A DNA stretch of 20,000 bases from Ancylonema sp. (GCA_050230475.1 JBFLGF010000103.1:55418-75417), one strand, 5' to 3'; positions 1-10,785 are shown, counted from the stretch's first letter. A program made the numbers and translations. Notes: a model not told the origin generated them from the letters alone.

Positions 1-3000
1 GCCACCCCCATCCCATACAGCATGCCATACACCAGGCGCTTGGCCCGCTCCCGCATGGCCCCCGACACGGAAACTGCGGCCACCCCCTCCCATTCCGCTG
101 CCAGGTCTCGAAACAAGTCCCCCCCCGCCGTCAGCAGCTGGCAGAGGGCGGGGTCGGCGGAGAAGTGCGCCGTGAAGCAGAGCTCGATCTGCGAGTAGTC
201 GGCGCCCAGCACCACCCACCCGGGCTGCCACGCCACAAAGATGGAGCGCGGACAGATGTGCACGGCCTGCGGGCCCCGCGTGCTGAGGTCGCGCTCCACA
301 CACTGCAGGTTTGGGTCGTCCACGGACAGCCGCCCCGTGCTGCAGCTGGTCTGCTGCCACTTGGCGTGCACGCGGCCGTCTGCTGTGGCCGCTGCCTGGA
401 TGGCATCGAGAGTGGAGTGGAGGAGCTTGGCCAGGCGACGGAATTCGGCGATGAGGGGTGGCAGGGGATGCAGGGGGGCGAGCGCCTCCAGGGCCTGCTT
501 GTCTGTGCTCAGGTGCAGCTTTCCTTTCTCACTGCCCGGGGGGGGGGGCAGCTTCAGGATTTCGTACAGCACTCGCGCCACCTCCCCAGAATTGGTGAGG
601 CTGAATGGCTGCCCCCCCCCCACCCTCTGTGCCTCCTCCTCAATCGCCTCCATCTCCCCCCTCACCACCGCCCTTATCTGCGCAAGCGCCTCCAGGTCGA
701 CCCCCACCCCCCCTGCCTCCATCTCGGCCAGCACGGGGAGCAGCGGCATCTCGATGTCTAGCAGCGGCCCCCTCAGCCCCACCTCCGGCAGCAGCTTCCA
801 CAGCTTCCTGTCCACTTCGCGGATCTGAGCCACCCGTCGGCAGCACCCATTTCTGGCGGCCGCACCGCTGGAGGGCGGCCAAGTGCCCGCTAGGTGGGCG
901 GCCGAGGCAGCTGGGGCGGCAGGTGATGCTTGGCTGTCTTCTCCAGCGTGCGCTGCTGGGCGCTCTCCTCGTCCGGCTGCAGAATCCACGCCATCACGCG
1001 AACATCCACCGCGGTCCCGCCCAGGGTCGCAGCCGCCACCTCCCCCACCCCCTCGCGCAGGATGCGGGGCTGGCGAAGGACCAGCAGTTGCTTCTTCAGT
1101 TCCCACCCCACCTTGCGCGCCCCTCTGCCCTCCAGCACCTCACGCACCACCGCCCACCGCTCCTCCACCCGTTTCCGCCTCTCCTCCTTTCCGCCCTTCA
1201 CCTTGGCGAGGTGGACGTAGAAAACGGGCGAGTCCTGCCAGCAGACAGCTAGCCCCTCCACCCCCCCTCCGCCCTTGGCGTTGAAGTGGAAGTCGCAGTA
1301 GAACTCCTCCACTGCAGCCCACTGCTGCCAGACCGAAGCAAACCCCCCTGCCCACTTGTCCACATCCACGGGCCCCGTGATGTCAGGCGCTCGGTTCTGC
1401 ACCGGAGCCTCCAGCAGCGTGCGGGGGCTGGCAGGATCAGGTCTGCGGGTACGGGGAGGCCCAGTGCTGTGAAGGCAGAGAAGGCGGCTAGCCTGGCCTC
1501 GTCTGCCTTGGCCAGCACCACGTTCCGTGCCGCGTTTCGAATCTTCCCCGCCATCATCCGCGCCCCGCGCCCACCCCCAGCCCCAGTCTCCAGCGCCAGC
1601 GCCAGCTCAGCAGGTGTGGCCTCTGCCAGCGCCTGTGGGGTCCTGAAGCCCGCCTTGTAGAGCGCCCTCGCCCTGCCCGCCTTCACAAACGGTACCGCCA
1701 TCAGCTCCACGATCTCACCGCGCACCCCAAAGGCCACCCGGGACTGGAACTTGGAGATGAGTGCGGCCAGGTCCTGCCACCCCAGCCGCTCGCAGAAGGT
1801 GGCCACCATGGAGGCAAAGCGCCCGGAGGCATCCTGCAGCCCCTGCAGCTGGCCCCGGGGCACGCAGAAGGCGGCGCACACCTGGTGCAGGGGGGCCTCT
1901 TGCACCAGGCTGGCCAGCATGAGGGTGAGGTAGAAGCGGGTGCACACGCGAACCTTCTCCTCCTCCCCCGCCTTGCCCACAGCCATCTGCATCAGGAACC
2001 GCTCCTCCACGCCCACCCGCTCTGCCACTGCCTAGTCCAGGGGGGGGAGGCGGAGCAGTAAGTTGTAGAACACCCTCCAGTCTGGCTTCAGTGCCGTGAG
2101 GTGCAGGGGGGTGATCTGGTACAGCAGGTGGAGGTCGGAGGCGAGCACAATCCCCTCGCGCGCCTTGGCCAGGGCGTCAATCACACACAGGGCCTCCTGG
2201 GGAGTGAGGCTGCTGCCAAAGGCCGCGCGCCCAAGTGGTGTGCTGCTGTACAGGCAGGTGGCGTTGTCCCACTGCACAAACTGGCGCTGGCAAAGCCATC
2301 TGAGGGCGTCAACAGCCGCCTTATTCGCCTCCTTGTCCACCTCTGCGATGGCGCTGAGCAGCGTGCAGCGCATGTAGCGCCCCACGTCGCCTGTAGACTG
2401 CACCGCCCCGCTGGCCACCGCCTCCAGGAGGGCTCGCTTGCAACCATGGGCATCCGCAGCAAGACAGGAGCGGAGGGGGGCGCACTCAGAGGACAGCAGC
2501 TTCACCATCTCCTTCTCCTTGCCTGGCGGGCAAATGAGCACACTCTCCCCCACATCATCCATCCCCGCCCGCCCCGCTCGTCCAGCCATCTGGCGGTACT
2601 GAGTGGCGGTCATCACGTTGCTCCCCACTCTGGCGCTGTGGAAGATGACTCTCCTGGCCGGAAGGTTCACCCCCGCCGCCAGAGTGGAGGTGGCAGTCAG
2701 CACGCGCACCACTCCGGAACGAAACCACCCCTCCACCGCCTCCCGCTCCTCTGTCTGCCAACACCAAGTCAGGAATCGAGCAATGGAGCAGAGAAGCGGA
2801 GAAGCAGGGAGGCTTACCACCAGTCCCGCGTGGTGGTACGCCACGCCAGCTGGCAGCGTCAGTGCCAGGGTGGCATCCACTCCACCCGGCCTCTTCCTCA
2901 GCACCTCCACTGCTGCCACCCCATCTTCCTCCCCCTCCTCGCTGTGCACCCTGTCGACCTTGGGCATGCGTGTCGCCAGCTGCTTGGCCACTGTCTCGCA

Positions 3001-4746
3001 CTGGACTCGGGAGGCACAGAACACGAGGACCGAGTGGCCCGCCCGCACCACCTCGTAGCACAGCTCGCCCACGTCATCGCCCACCCTCCGCCTCTCCACC
3101 AGGCCAGCAGGGCCGTCGCCCAGCTGGTACAGGAGGGGTCCCACCTTGATGAACTCGTGGAGGGGGACGGGGCGGAAGGTGGTTGTGTACAGAGAGGCGC
3201 CCAGCCACGCGGCCACTCCCTCCCCACCGCGCATGGTGGCGCTCATGCCCACAATCTGTAATCCGCTCGCCTGGCTCAAGCCCTCGCTCTTCAAGCTGCT
3301 CCCACCTGGCGTGTCACCGGGCGCCTTGGGGGAGGGGGCAGGTTGGGGGATGGGAGGGGGAGTTCCCCCAGCCCCGGATGCATACTTGAGTTTGGTGAGC
3401 ATGAGCTCGAGGATGTAGCCGCGGCCGCTGTCGCCCACCATGTGCAGCTCGTCGACCACCACCATGCCCAGCTCGCCCACCCGCCCCTCCTCCAGCATCC
3501 CGTTCACCACCGTGTTGGCCTTCTCGTTGGTGCACACCCGGAGGTTGGCATCGGGTGGCACGCCCCCCCCCCCCTGCCCTCCAAAGAAGTGGCCCACCCT
3601 CTTGCCCAGGGGCGCCAGGAGGGCCTCCATGAGCTCCGCCTTCTCCGCGCACAAGGCCACGTAGGGGAGCACCAGCAGCAGCAGGCGGGAGCCCGACAGG
3701 AGGCGGCGAACCATCAGGATCTCCGCCACCAGACTCTTGCCGGCGCTGGTGGAGGCGCTGTACACCAAGTTGCCGCCCTGGAGGACGCTCCCAGTGCGCA
3801 AACACTCCGCCTGCCACGGGTACAGGCAGCGCACTCCCTTGCCAGCGTACACCGCGCAGACCTCGGGTGGTAGCCACTGGGAGAGGTCGAGGTCATCATC
3901 ACCAGGTCTGGCTTCCTGGCTGATGCTGCCAGTCACCTGGGCTGGACTGTTGCCAGGTGGCCTACTAGCATTTGGTGTACCGGGTATGGGCGGCAGAGCA
4001 TCAGAGCACGTGCCCACCCTCTCCCCATGTTCCACCTGGCACGGTTCCGCTATGTCAGGCGAGGGTGAGAGAGCCAACAGCAGTGACAGTGGGGGCGCAG
4101 TGGGGCAGAAGGGTTGATTGGAGGACTGTGGAGAGGGATGGGGGGGATTGGGAGGAAGAGGCTCAGTGTCCTGGCTGACACTTACTTCAAAAGATACACC
4201 TCCTGCTCTGTTGTTGAGCCGGGTGGCATCCTGTGGCGGGGGCTTGGGAGGAGCAAGAGGCGAGAAATGAAAGTGGCGAACAGGCAGGGGTGTGGTAGGA
4301 GAGGCGAAGCGATTGTGCGCCTCGAAGGCTGCGTTGTAAACATCGTCTCCAGGGCCAGGGGACGAGGGGTGGAGGGGTGGAGGCTTAGATGATTTCACAT
4401 AGATATCAAGAAATCTGTCAATCTCTCCTGCACCACCCTCTCCACACCTGCCGCTAGGTGGTAGTGCAGTGGGAGGAATGCAATGGGATGTCGCGTGAGG
4501 GACGAGGGTCCCTGAGAGATAAATTCTGGGTTTCTTGGTCGCATTGCCCTGCACACTGTCGACCTGGCAGCCAGGGAAGGGAACGTCGTTGCTACCACGC
4601 TCCACCAAGGGCGCCCTAGTTTTGCTGGGAGGAAGTGCCAGGTCAGCTCTTGCGTGGAGTGGAAGCGAGCGACCGAGTTCAGAGCCCCAGATGGAAGATG
4701 GAGGGAGGGGGCATTTCTTTGGCTTCGTCATGTCGCCTGAATTCAT
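1..4746 (-). CDS. POLQ: DNA polymerase theta / helicase and polymerase-containing protein TEBICHI. 3' end runs off the window; interrupted by one in-frame TAG and two 1-bp frameshifts, so possibly a pseudogene.
   Basis: Ski2-like helicase motifs in ORF 2032..4746: ASTSAGKS, DELH, GMSAT, FRPVPL, GVAYHHAGL, TSTLAAGVNLPARRVI, QMAGRAGR. ORF 1249..2028 continues in the same frame with the helical/HhH region. ORF 890..1402 is the exonuclease-like region. A third frame from ~910 to base 1, absent from the ORF track because it has no stop, reads NGCCRRVAQ...IEMPLLPVLAEME...HLSTDK...TSCSTGRLSVDDPNLQ...ADYSQIEL (motif A)...RERAKRLVYGMLYGMG (motif B) of family A polymerases. Confidence 0.95.
2755..2817 (-). 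other. 63-nt spliceosomal intron in POLQ (3n, no stop codon)
   Basis: GTAAGC donor, pyrimidine-rich body, CTGAC branch motif and TGGCAG acceptor. Removal gives HHAGLV|TEERE, matching the conserved HHAGLxxEER helicase segment. Confidence 0.9.
4036..4185 (-). other. Probable 150-nt intron in the POLQ N-terminal region (3n, no stop codon)
   Basis: GAA|GTAAGT donor, C/T-rich body, CTGAC branch motif and GCCAG|GTG acceptor, phase 0. There is no homology support because the region is low complexity. Confidence 0.6.
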
Positions 4747-7419
4747 TTCTGAAGCGGGGACTGCTCTCTTTTTCGCCGGGAAAACCTAGAAGCCAACAGT
4801 TGCCAGACCGGATAGCCTTCAGTTTGAGCCATGACCCCTCTGCGTAAAATCTTTTACCAGCAACAGAACAACCAGTGGAAATCAAATCAGCCACCTGCAG
4901 TACAAGAATGAATACATTCGTACGAAATTCACAGATTGCACACAGGGAATCGCTCCCACCTCATTGATGCCGGTGTGCTTTCGCTTTTCCCTGTGAAGCG
5001 ATTGCACCGAACGTGTCGCTTCCATTACTCAAGAACGGCAAAGCGTTCTTCACGAACTCAGATCAGGACCAACATTGCTATCGCAGTTGGTGCCGTAGAC
5101 GGCGAGGACCCTCATACCCCGTCAGCCTCACCCGGCCGGTGGTTGGAAGCGTCCTCTACCAGAAGCGGAACTCAGCACATACTGCATACTAATTTCAAAC
5201 GGCCTCAGGGCGCCAACGACGACGAACTCACTGTGAAGCTCACGGTTCGGCCCTTGTGGCGGGTTGGGATGGGTCCGTCTGCGGAACCCTGTTCGAGCCC
5301 CTACCTACTCGGAACTCGGAACTGTCAAGAGACGCTGCGGATAGGCTGGCGTATTGAAGGCAAGCTGGGCTGGGATAGGCTGGGAGCAAAGGGTGGGCAC
5401 AATTGCTTGCCAGCACCACACCATTACCATTGCATTGCAACGGTCGCTAGCACATGCGATACTGCGGAATTGTATATTGTTGCTAGTGTTGTCTAGTACG
5501 ATCGGCTTACATATTTGTCGGTTTAGGACATGTAGTTTCTACATAGACTTGTTCTTGTAATGAGAAGGGGTTCCCGTAAGCAATTTTCAATAATACACAA
5601 TTCTCACTTTCTATTCAGAGAGAAAAGAGAGCATTGTGTTCATTGTGTGTGTATTATTTTAATTGTATTATTGCAAAAAGACGGGAACCCCATCTCATTA
5701 CGAGAACGTGCTGTGTAGAAACTGTGTATACTAAATCCGTCAAATATGTGAGCCGATCGTACTTCACAATCCTAGCAACAATATGCAACCCCATAGAAGA
5801 AAATGGAGCACGCGGTAGCGGGTGAGATAACATGGCCATGGCCATTTTTTCCAGTTAGAGAATCAGGTATTATTGAAAAACGATGGGCAACCTTAGAATA
5901 TAGTTAAGTCGGCTAAAAAAATCGCAAAAAAAAACCTCAATAGAGTTGTCTTGTCACACTATGATTTCAGTCAAGTTTAGATCCCCGCCATGAACGTGTT
6001 CACGTGTTAACCAAATTTTACAAATGCAAACAAATGCAAACAAATACAATGTAATTCCATAAATGTTACGTGGAAATCGCTAGACGCCATGCTCACGTCT
6101 CTCTTGTTTTTCTTACTTGGAGAGCGCCAATCTTATTTGATCGCTACCGACGATTATCGATACACACTTCTTACATCATCCACATGAAAATGCATAAGCC
6201 ATGTAATTTCGGTGGAAAATATAAATTCAATGTAAGAACTGTTTAGGATCCAGACTTCTTTGTTAGCCCTCCTATGTGTAAGTAATCAATTCCTCATTAA
6301 CACACACTCACGTGAATAGTTTTAAAAGGTTCCGCACATTACTAATTCATTCTCAACAATAATCTGGTTAGTGCTAAACGTATAAAAAAAAACCTTGACA
6401 AGACAGATAATATGGTGCTTCCATCTCCACGAGCACATTGATCTTGACACGTGTACTTGTGTACTTCTTCCTTCAACCGCCAAAGACGACGAAGGGCCGT
6501 CGTCGTTTCACTTTGATGTGTACGATGCGTGGACAACGCATGTCATTTGACCGTCATTTTATTATAATTACTCGACTGCCGCCGTGGAAACTTAATAATG
6601 CGTGTAACTTTCACACCCAGATCGAGGATTACACACTATTCAAAACCCCAGATGTGCGTGGGTCGCAAATCTAAAAATGTCTACAATCACATGATACGAC
6701 CGTGACGTGGCAAAGGAAGAGAACATGCTTATAAGACTTTGAGGAGAACATCATTTCGTGAAAAAAACTACTCGTTACAAAGATTAAAAATGGAATCAAT
6801 GTATATCCTCAACCTCAAGATTGAATAGAAAACACTGCAATGATGTGCTTGAGTGAACAAATGTATACATCAGGGGTTCGAATTGCGGATGTTTTGGGAC
6901 GTTCAATAGTCGATGATCCTAATAATACCTATGAACCAAGGATAACGCAAAAATATTTTGGCACGCTAAGCATACCATATAGTCGGCAAATTTTCATCGT
7001 CAACTAGCCATTCCAAACCACGCACAACCGCATTTATTATATGTTATAAAATAATGAAAGCGGATTTATCCCGATGTTCAATTTATATTTTTGAACTTTA
7101 TATCCGTGTTTCTATCTATATCTGGCTTCATGTAAGAGAGAATTGTGTATCGTTGAAAAGTTAAATTATAGTATTATGTAGTTCATGTAGTTTGCCAGGA
7201 CACGCATACGTCAAATATGGTTCCGTTTCGGCCCGACAAGACATGGGTGGTATTGCAAAACCCCGATACGAGGCAGAAATCCTCGATACGCTTGTCATAT
7301 CGGATCGGCCAAGAAACTCTTCTGCCTCAAATCATACCCATTCTGTTCGGTTTCGGTTTGTCGAACGGTTTCTGCCTGTGGAGCCCAGGAGGCTGAAGAG
7401 CATGAGGGGTCGCATGGGG

Positions 7420-8039
7420 TCCCAGTCAGATATAGGGCCAGGACAGGGGCTGGCCAGTCCAGATTAGACTGGCCCCAGTCCGGTAGTCCCAGTTTGCCAT
7501 CCCAAGCCCACTCCGAGGGCCAGTCCCAGTCTGCCAGTATAATACTACCATCCTCACGTCTTGGAAGACGTGACTGGAGTCCGAAAAAATCTGGTCCAAT
7601 CATGTGTCAGGTAATAATTCGCTCGTGCCTGGCCTTCTTACACGCATCTCCAGCCTCATTATACACGTGCCCAGTCCTTCCAGTCAACCATCCCGAAAAC
7701 CCAATCTAATTGGACCCTGGAAATCACCGGACCGGGATTGGACTGGCCAGTCTCCAGTCTGAAATATCCCAAAAATAAAAAATAAATCATAATGGGGGGT
7801 TCCTTTTCAAATTGTTTTGTTTTTATGAAAAAGAGAATTTGTTTTTATACATTTATTTTTTTCTTTTTCCGATCCTTCACACGTGCCCATCTAGAAAACA
7901 CAGGTGTCCCGCCCAAAAAAAGCTGGACCCAGTCTGCCCAGTCTAAACCCAGTCCAGCCTAGTCCAGCTCAGTCCATCTCAAAACCCCAGCTAATTAACT
8001 CCTTTCCACTACCAGACTGGAAGCGAGCTGGTCGCCCTG
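7420..8039. mobile_element. Non-autonomous DNA-transposon-like element rich in CCAGTC/GACTGG motifs (hAT-like ends uncertain)
   Basis: More than a dozen CCAGTC/GACTGG hexamers clustered in ~600 bp. CAGGGG at 7444 and CCCTG at 8035-8039 resemble hAT termini. The right part is duplicated at 19674-19817. No target-site duplication found. Confidence 0.55.
7859..8002 (+). repeat. 144-bp dispersed direct repeat, copy 1
   Basis: Ungapped manual alignment to 19674..19817 with about 11 mismatches, nearly all transitions. Confidence 0.95.
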
Positions 8040-8421
8040 ATATGCTGATGAGGGGTGGTCCGACGGCGCTCTGACGACACGTGGCTGTTCAGGGCTTCGA
8101 ATGAACCGCCACAGCAGAAGCCGTGTCAAATGTTGTATTTTCGTCAATTACCACACCCCGCGCCAGTCTCCGGAGATGGTTAGGCCACTCACTTATTGCA
8201 GGAAAATCCCACTTCTTGTACGGCTCGAATGCTGGTAGGGATGGCGCACACCTAAGTCAACGAGAGCCTGCTCACCTAATGTCTGTTCACCTGAGCTTCT
8301 TGTGACCTGACTGCCTTACAATTCAACTTCTACAATCTACTCAAGCCGGGAATTTTTAGTCGCCGTTCTGTGCTGCGTCGCCCCGAATCCAACGTCTCCG
8401 GCCCACAGCTGGCGCTGTACG

Positions 8422-10785
8422 ATGGTCCTTCCATGTGACCGCCCGACCGCTGGTACTCATCCAGATGGGTCGCGTACTCACACCTGTCGTGAAGGAAGAT
8501 TCGTCCGCATTTCCTCCGTGGGCCTGCTCATGTTTGTCAGCTCGACCTTTGTCGGATTCTTGTTGGTTCGTGGTTTCGCCACCGGCCTGACAGTGGGGTA
8601 CAATGGTGGAGGGGAGCGGATGCGTCCGGGGGAAATGGTGGCGACCTACCTGCCTGCAGAGGGCGGGCGAGAACTATACTTTTGGGAAGCAAAGTGGAAG
8701 AAGTGGGAACACGGATCGGGGAGGGCACCTCCACACAGGCATCGATTCCGAGGTGTCAGGTTGCGCAGTTTGAGCGAATTGGGGAGTGAGCTGAAGGAGA
8801 TCTCCGACCGAGTGCAGGTCGAGTTGATGCGTGATTTGGAGGCAGCACACCCGCGGGCGAACCCGACAACGGACCATATCCTGAACAGCCGGGGGGGGGG
8901 GGAGATAAATATTCTACTGGATAGAGAGGAGGACAGGCCAGGTGGCAGCATACGGATGAGGTTAAGTGGCAAGCTGAACTACTGCCACTTGTCCGAATCA
9001 GCAGGCTCGGTCGGCCAGAGCTGTGTGACCTTCCCAAAACCCCTGGGGGAGTACACAAGGCACGGACCAGCGCAATAGCTGGGAAGTTACCTGGGCATTG
9101 GGAAGGATGTGGCAAAGAATTTGATGGACAACAGCAAGAGCCCCCCCGATTGGTGCCCTGAGCCGATACGAAGACATGGGGTAAGGCTCTCACTCCTCGC
9201 TGTGGCAGGGTCATGTGCTGATATACCTTTCTTCATTCAGGAGCCATGCATTTGGGGCAGTGGTCTGGTGAGGGCCTTTGCGATGCGCCCGGCTTTCTTC
9301 TTCATCCGATTCGCCCCTGCCTCCACCCGCTGCTACGTCCGCGCCACAGGAGCCGGCATCCTCCTGCCCACCCTCACCCTCCTGGATAGGTACACCCTTC
9401 GCGCAGACTACGTTCCCGAGCAGGAGGGGATGTATCAATTCTGGATCATGTGCACCAGCGTTGCCTCCGGCCAGAGGCGGCAGTGGCCCCGTGGGTCCCA
9501 CTACCTGCCCTGGTTCCACAACTACCTCACCCGCTGGTCCCCCTACAACCTCACAGTGGAGCCAAACGGGCAGGCACCCGCCAGAGGCTGCACCCCCTGC
9601 ACCCCCCAGGCAATGAGCATGCAGGGTGGGGGGCAGTGGGTGGAGAGGGCTGTGCTGGAGTGTCTATGTGGGGGGGAGGGGCTGGGGGCGGTGGGGGAGT
9701 GGGTGGTGGACGAGTATGTGTGGTCCCCGCGCAGCTGCCTCATCCCCTTTGTGGGGAGGGAGGAGTTCAAGCGGCGGATGGGGGGGAGGGGGGTGGCGGT
9801 GGCTGGGGACGCCAGCATGAGGGGGCACTATGTGGAGTTGGTGAACTGGCTGGGTGGGGTGGGCCCAGAGGTGTTGCAAGACCAAGGGGGATATCAATTT
9901 ATACCAGACCGCCACACGTCGTCATGGGATGGGCTGGTGGCTGGTTTCAACGGATTTCCTTTCACCCAGGATGTGGATGTTGTCCTCCCCAATCCCTGGA
10001 CAGCAGACGGTGTGTTCCTACAGTACTTCGAGGCGGAGGGAGAAGAGAGGTGGCAGGAGGTTGTCGACCAAGTGCAACTGGTGAGAGGATGAGAGGATGA
10101 GAGGATGCGGAGGAGGTCTGATTGAAGACTACGCTGACTGTGGGGTAGGTGTTTCCAGGGCTTTACCATTCCCCACGGGACCTTCCAGCGTCCTCCCACT
10201 GGATCCAGAAGCGAGCAGAGGGAGTTTGATTCCGTTGTGTTCAACTTTGCGGGATGCGAGCGGGTGCCGCAGTCGGGGTCAGACCCGTACCCGCCGTCGC
10301 TGGAGTCAGGGGCCGCAGTGCAGGCCATTCTGCACAGATTGAGGTGGGGGAGAGGGGTAGAGGTGGATGGTGAGGAGGAGGGGGGGGGGGAGGTGTGTGA
10401 AGGGGGCTTCAAGGGGGAAATTGTGTACAGGACTGGAACGGGGCGCTTTGACGACTCCAATTTTTGTTTGAGACAAAATGAGACCTCGTTGCCAACATTT
10501 GGGAGGTCGTGTTCCGTAAATTCAGGAATTTTTCCGACTCTAGCACGCAGTTCTAGCAGAATGGGGGAGAGAGGCATCAAGATAATTCACGCCTTTGAAT
10601 TAGCGTTCTCACGACCAGATCGTAGCATAGATAGTAGGCTTTTTTACCCCAGGAAATGCTCAGTAGACAGACGGCAATGCTCAGGGCAAGAGGACCGCAA
10701 TGTGCGTGAATGCTGCTTCCCCGCCAATTTTTTTCCTAATGTGGTGTCATTGACCTTGACCAACATGCTTGTACATAATTTGTGA
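8422..10785 (+). CDS. Type-II membrane PC-esterase / NXPE-like (SGNH-fold acyl-esterase-like) protein. In-frame TAG at 9076-9078, intron at 10081-10158; may extend past the TGA at 10783.
   Basis: ORFs 8422..9078, 9109..10092 and 10237..10785 share one frame. N-terminal hydrophobic helix VGLLMFVSSTFVGFLLV. YVWSPRSC...MGGRGVAVAGDASMRGHYVELVNWL matches the WxPxxC...GDSxxR block of PC-esterase/TBL/NXPE proteins. FDSVVFNF strand, IVYRT strand and C-terminal helix TNMLVHNL also fit. Confidence 0.7.
10081..10158 (+). other. 78-nt intron in the PC-esterase-like gene
   Basis: CTG|GTGAGA donor, CTGAC branch motif and TTTCCAG|GGC acceptor. Phase 0 on both sides; removes three in-frame TGA codons. Confidence 0.75.
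10082..10107 (+). repeat. Tandem repeat (TGAGAGGA)x3 at the intron 5' end
   Basis: Directly visible in the sequence. Confidence 0.9.

Noticed and set aside
890..1251. TAG=Gln as a fix for the POLQ frame breaks (TAGs at 890 and 1249)
   Set aside because: Homology switches frame before these stops, so recoding cannot explain the frameshifts.
165..4392. Many plus-strand ORFs of 60-386 aa overlapping POLQ
   Set aside because: Antisense shadows of GC-rich coding sequence with no independent motifs.
4936..5496. 186-aa plus-strand ORF upstream of POLQ
   Set aside because: TTG start and no recognisable domain; likely promoter, 5' UTR or intron region of POLQ.
6021..6045. (CAAATGCAAA)x2.5 tandem
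   Set aside because: Ordinary short slippage repeat with no further structure.
6438..6760. Possible hAT C-terminal dimerisation-domain relic
   Set aside because: Only a vague STAAVE-like word amid several stops; not supportable.
7433..8047. Complete hAT MITE with TIRs and 8-bp TSD
   Set aside because: CAGGGGCTGGCCAG versus CAGGGCGACCAG is only a partial match, and the flanking 8-mers differ.
10090..10092. TGA ending ORF 9109..10092 as readthrough or selenocysteine
   Set aside because: It lies within the predicted 78-nt intron along with two further TGAs.
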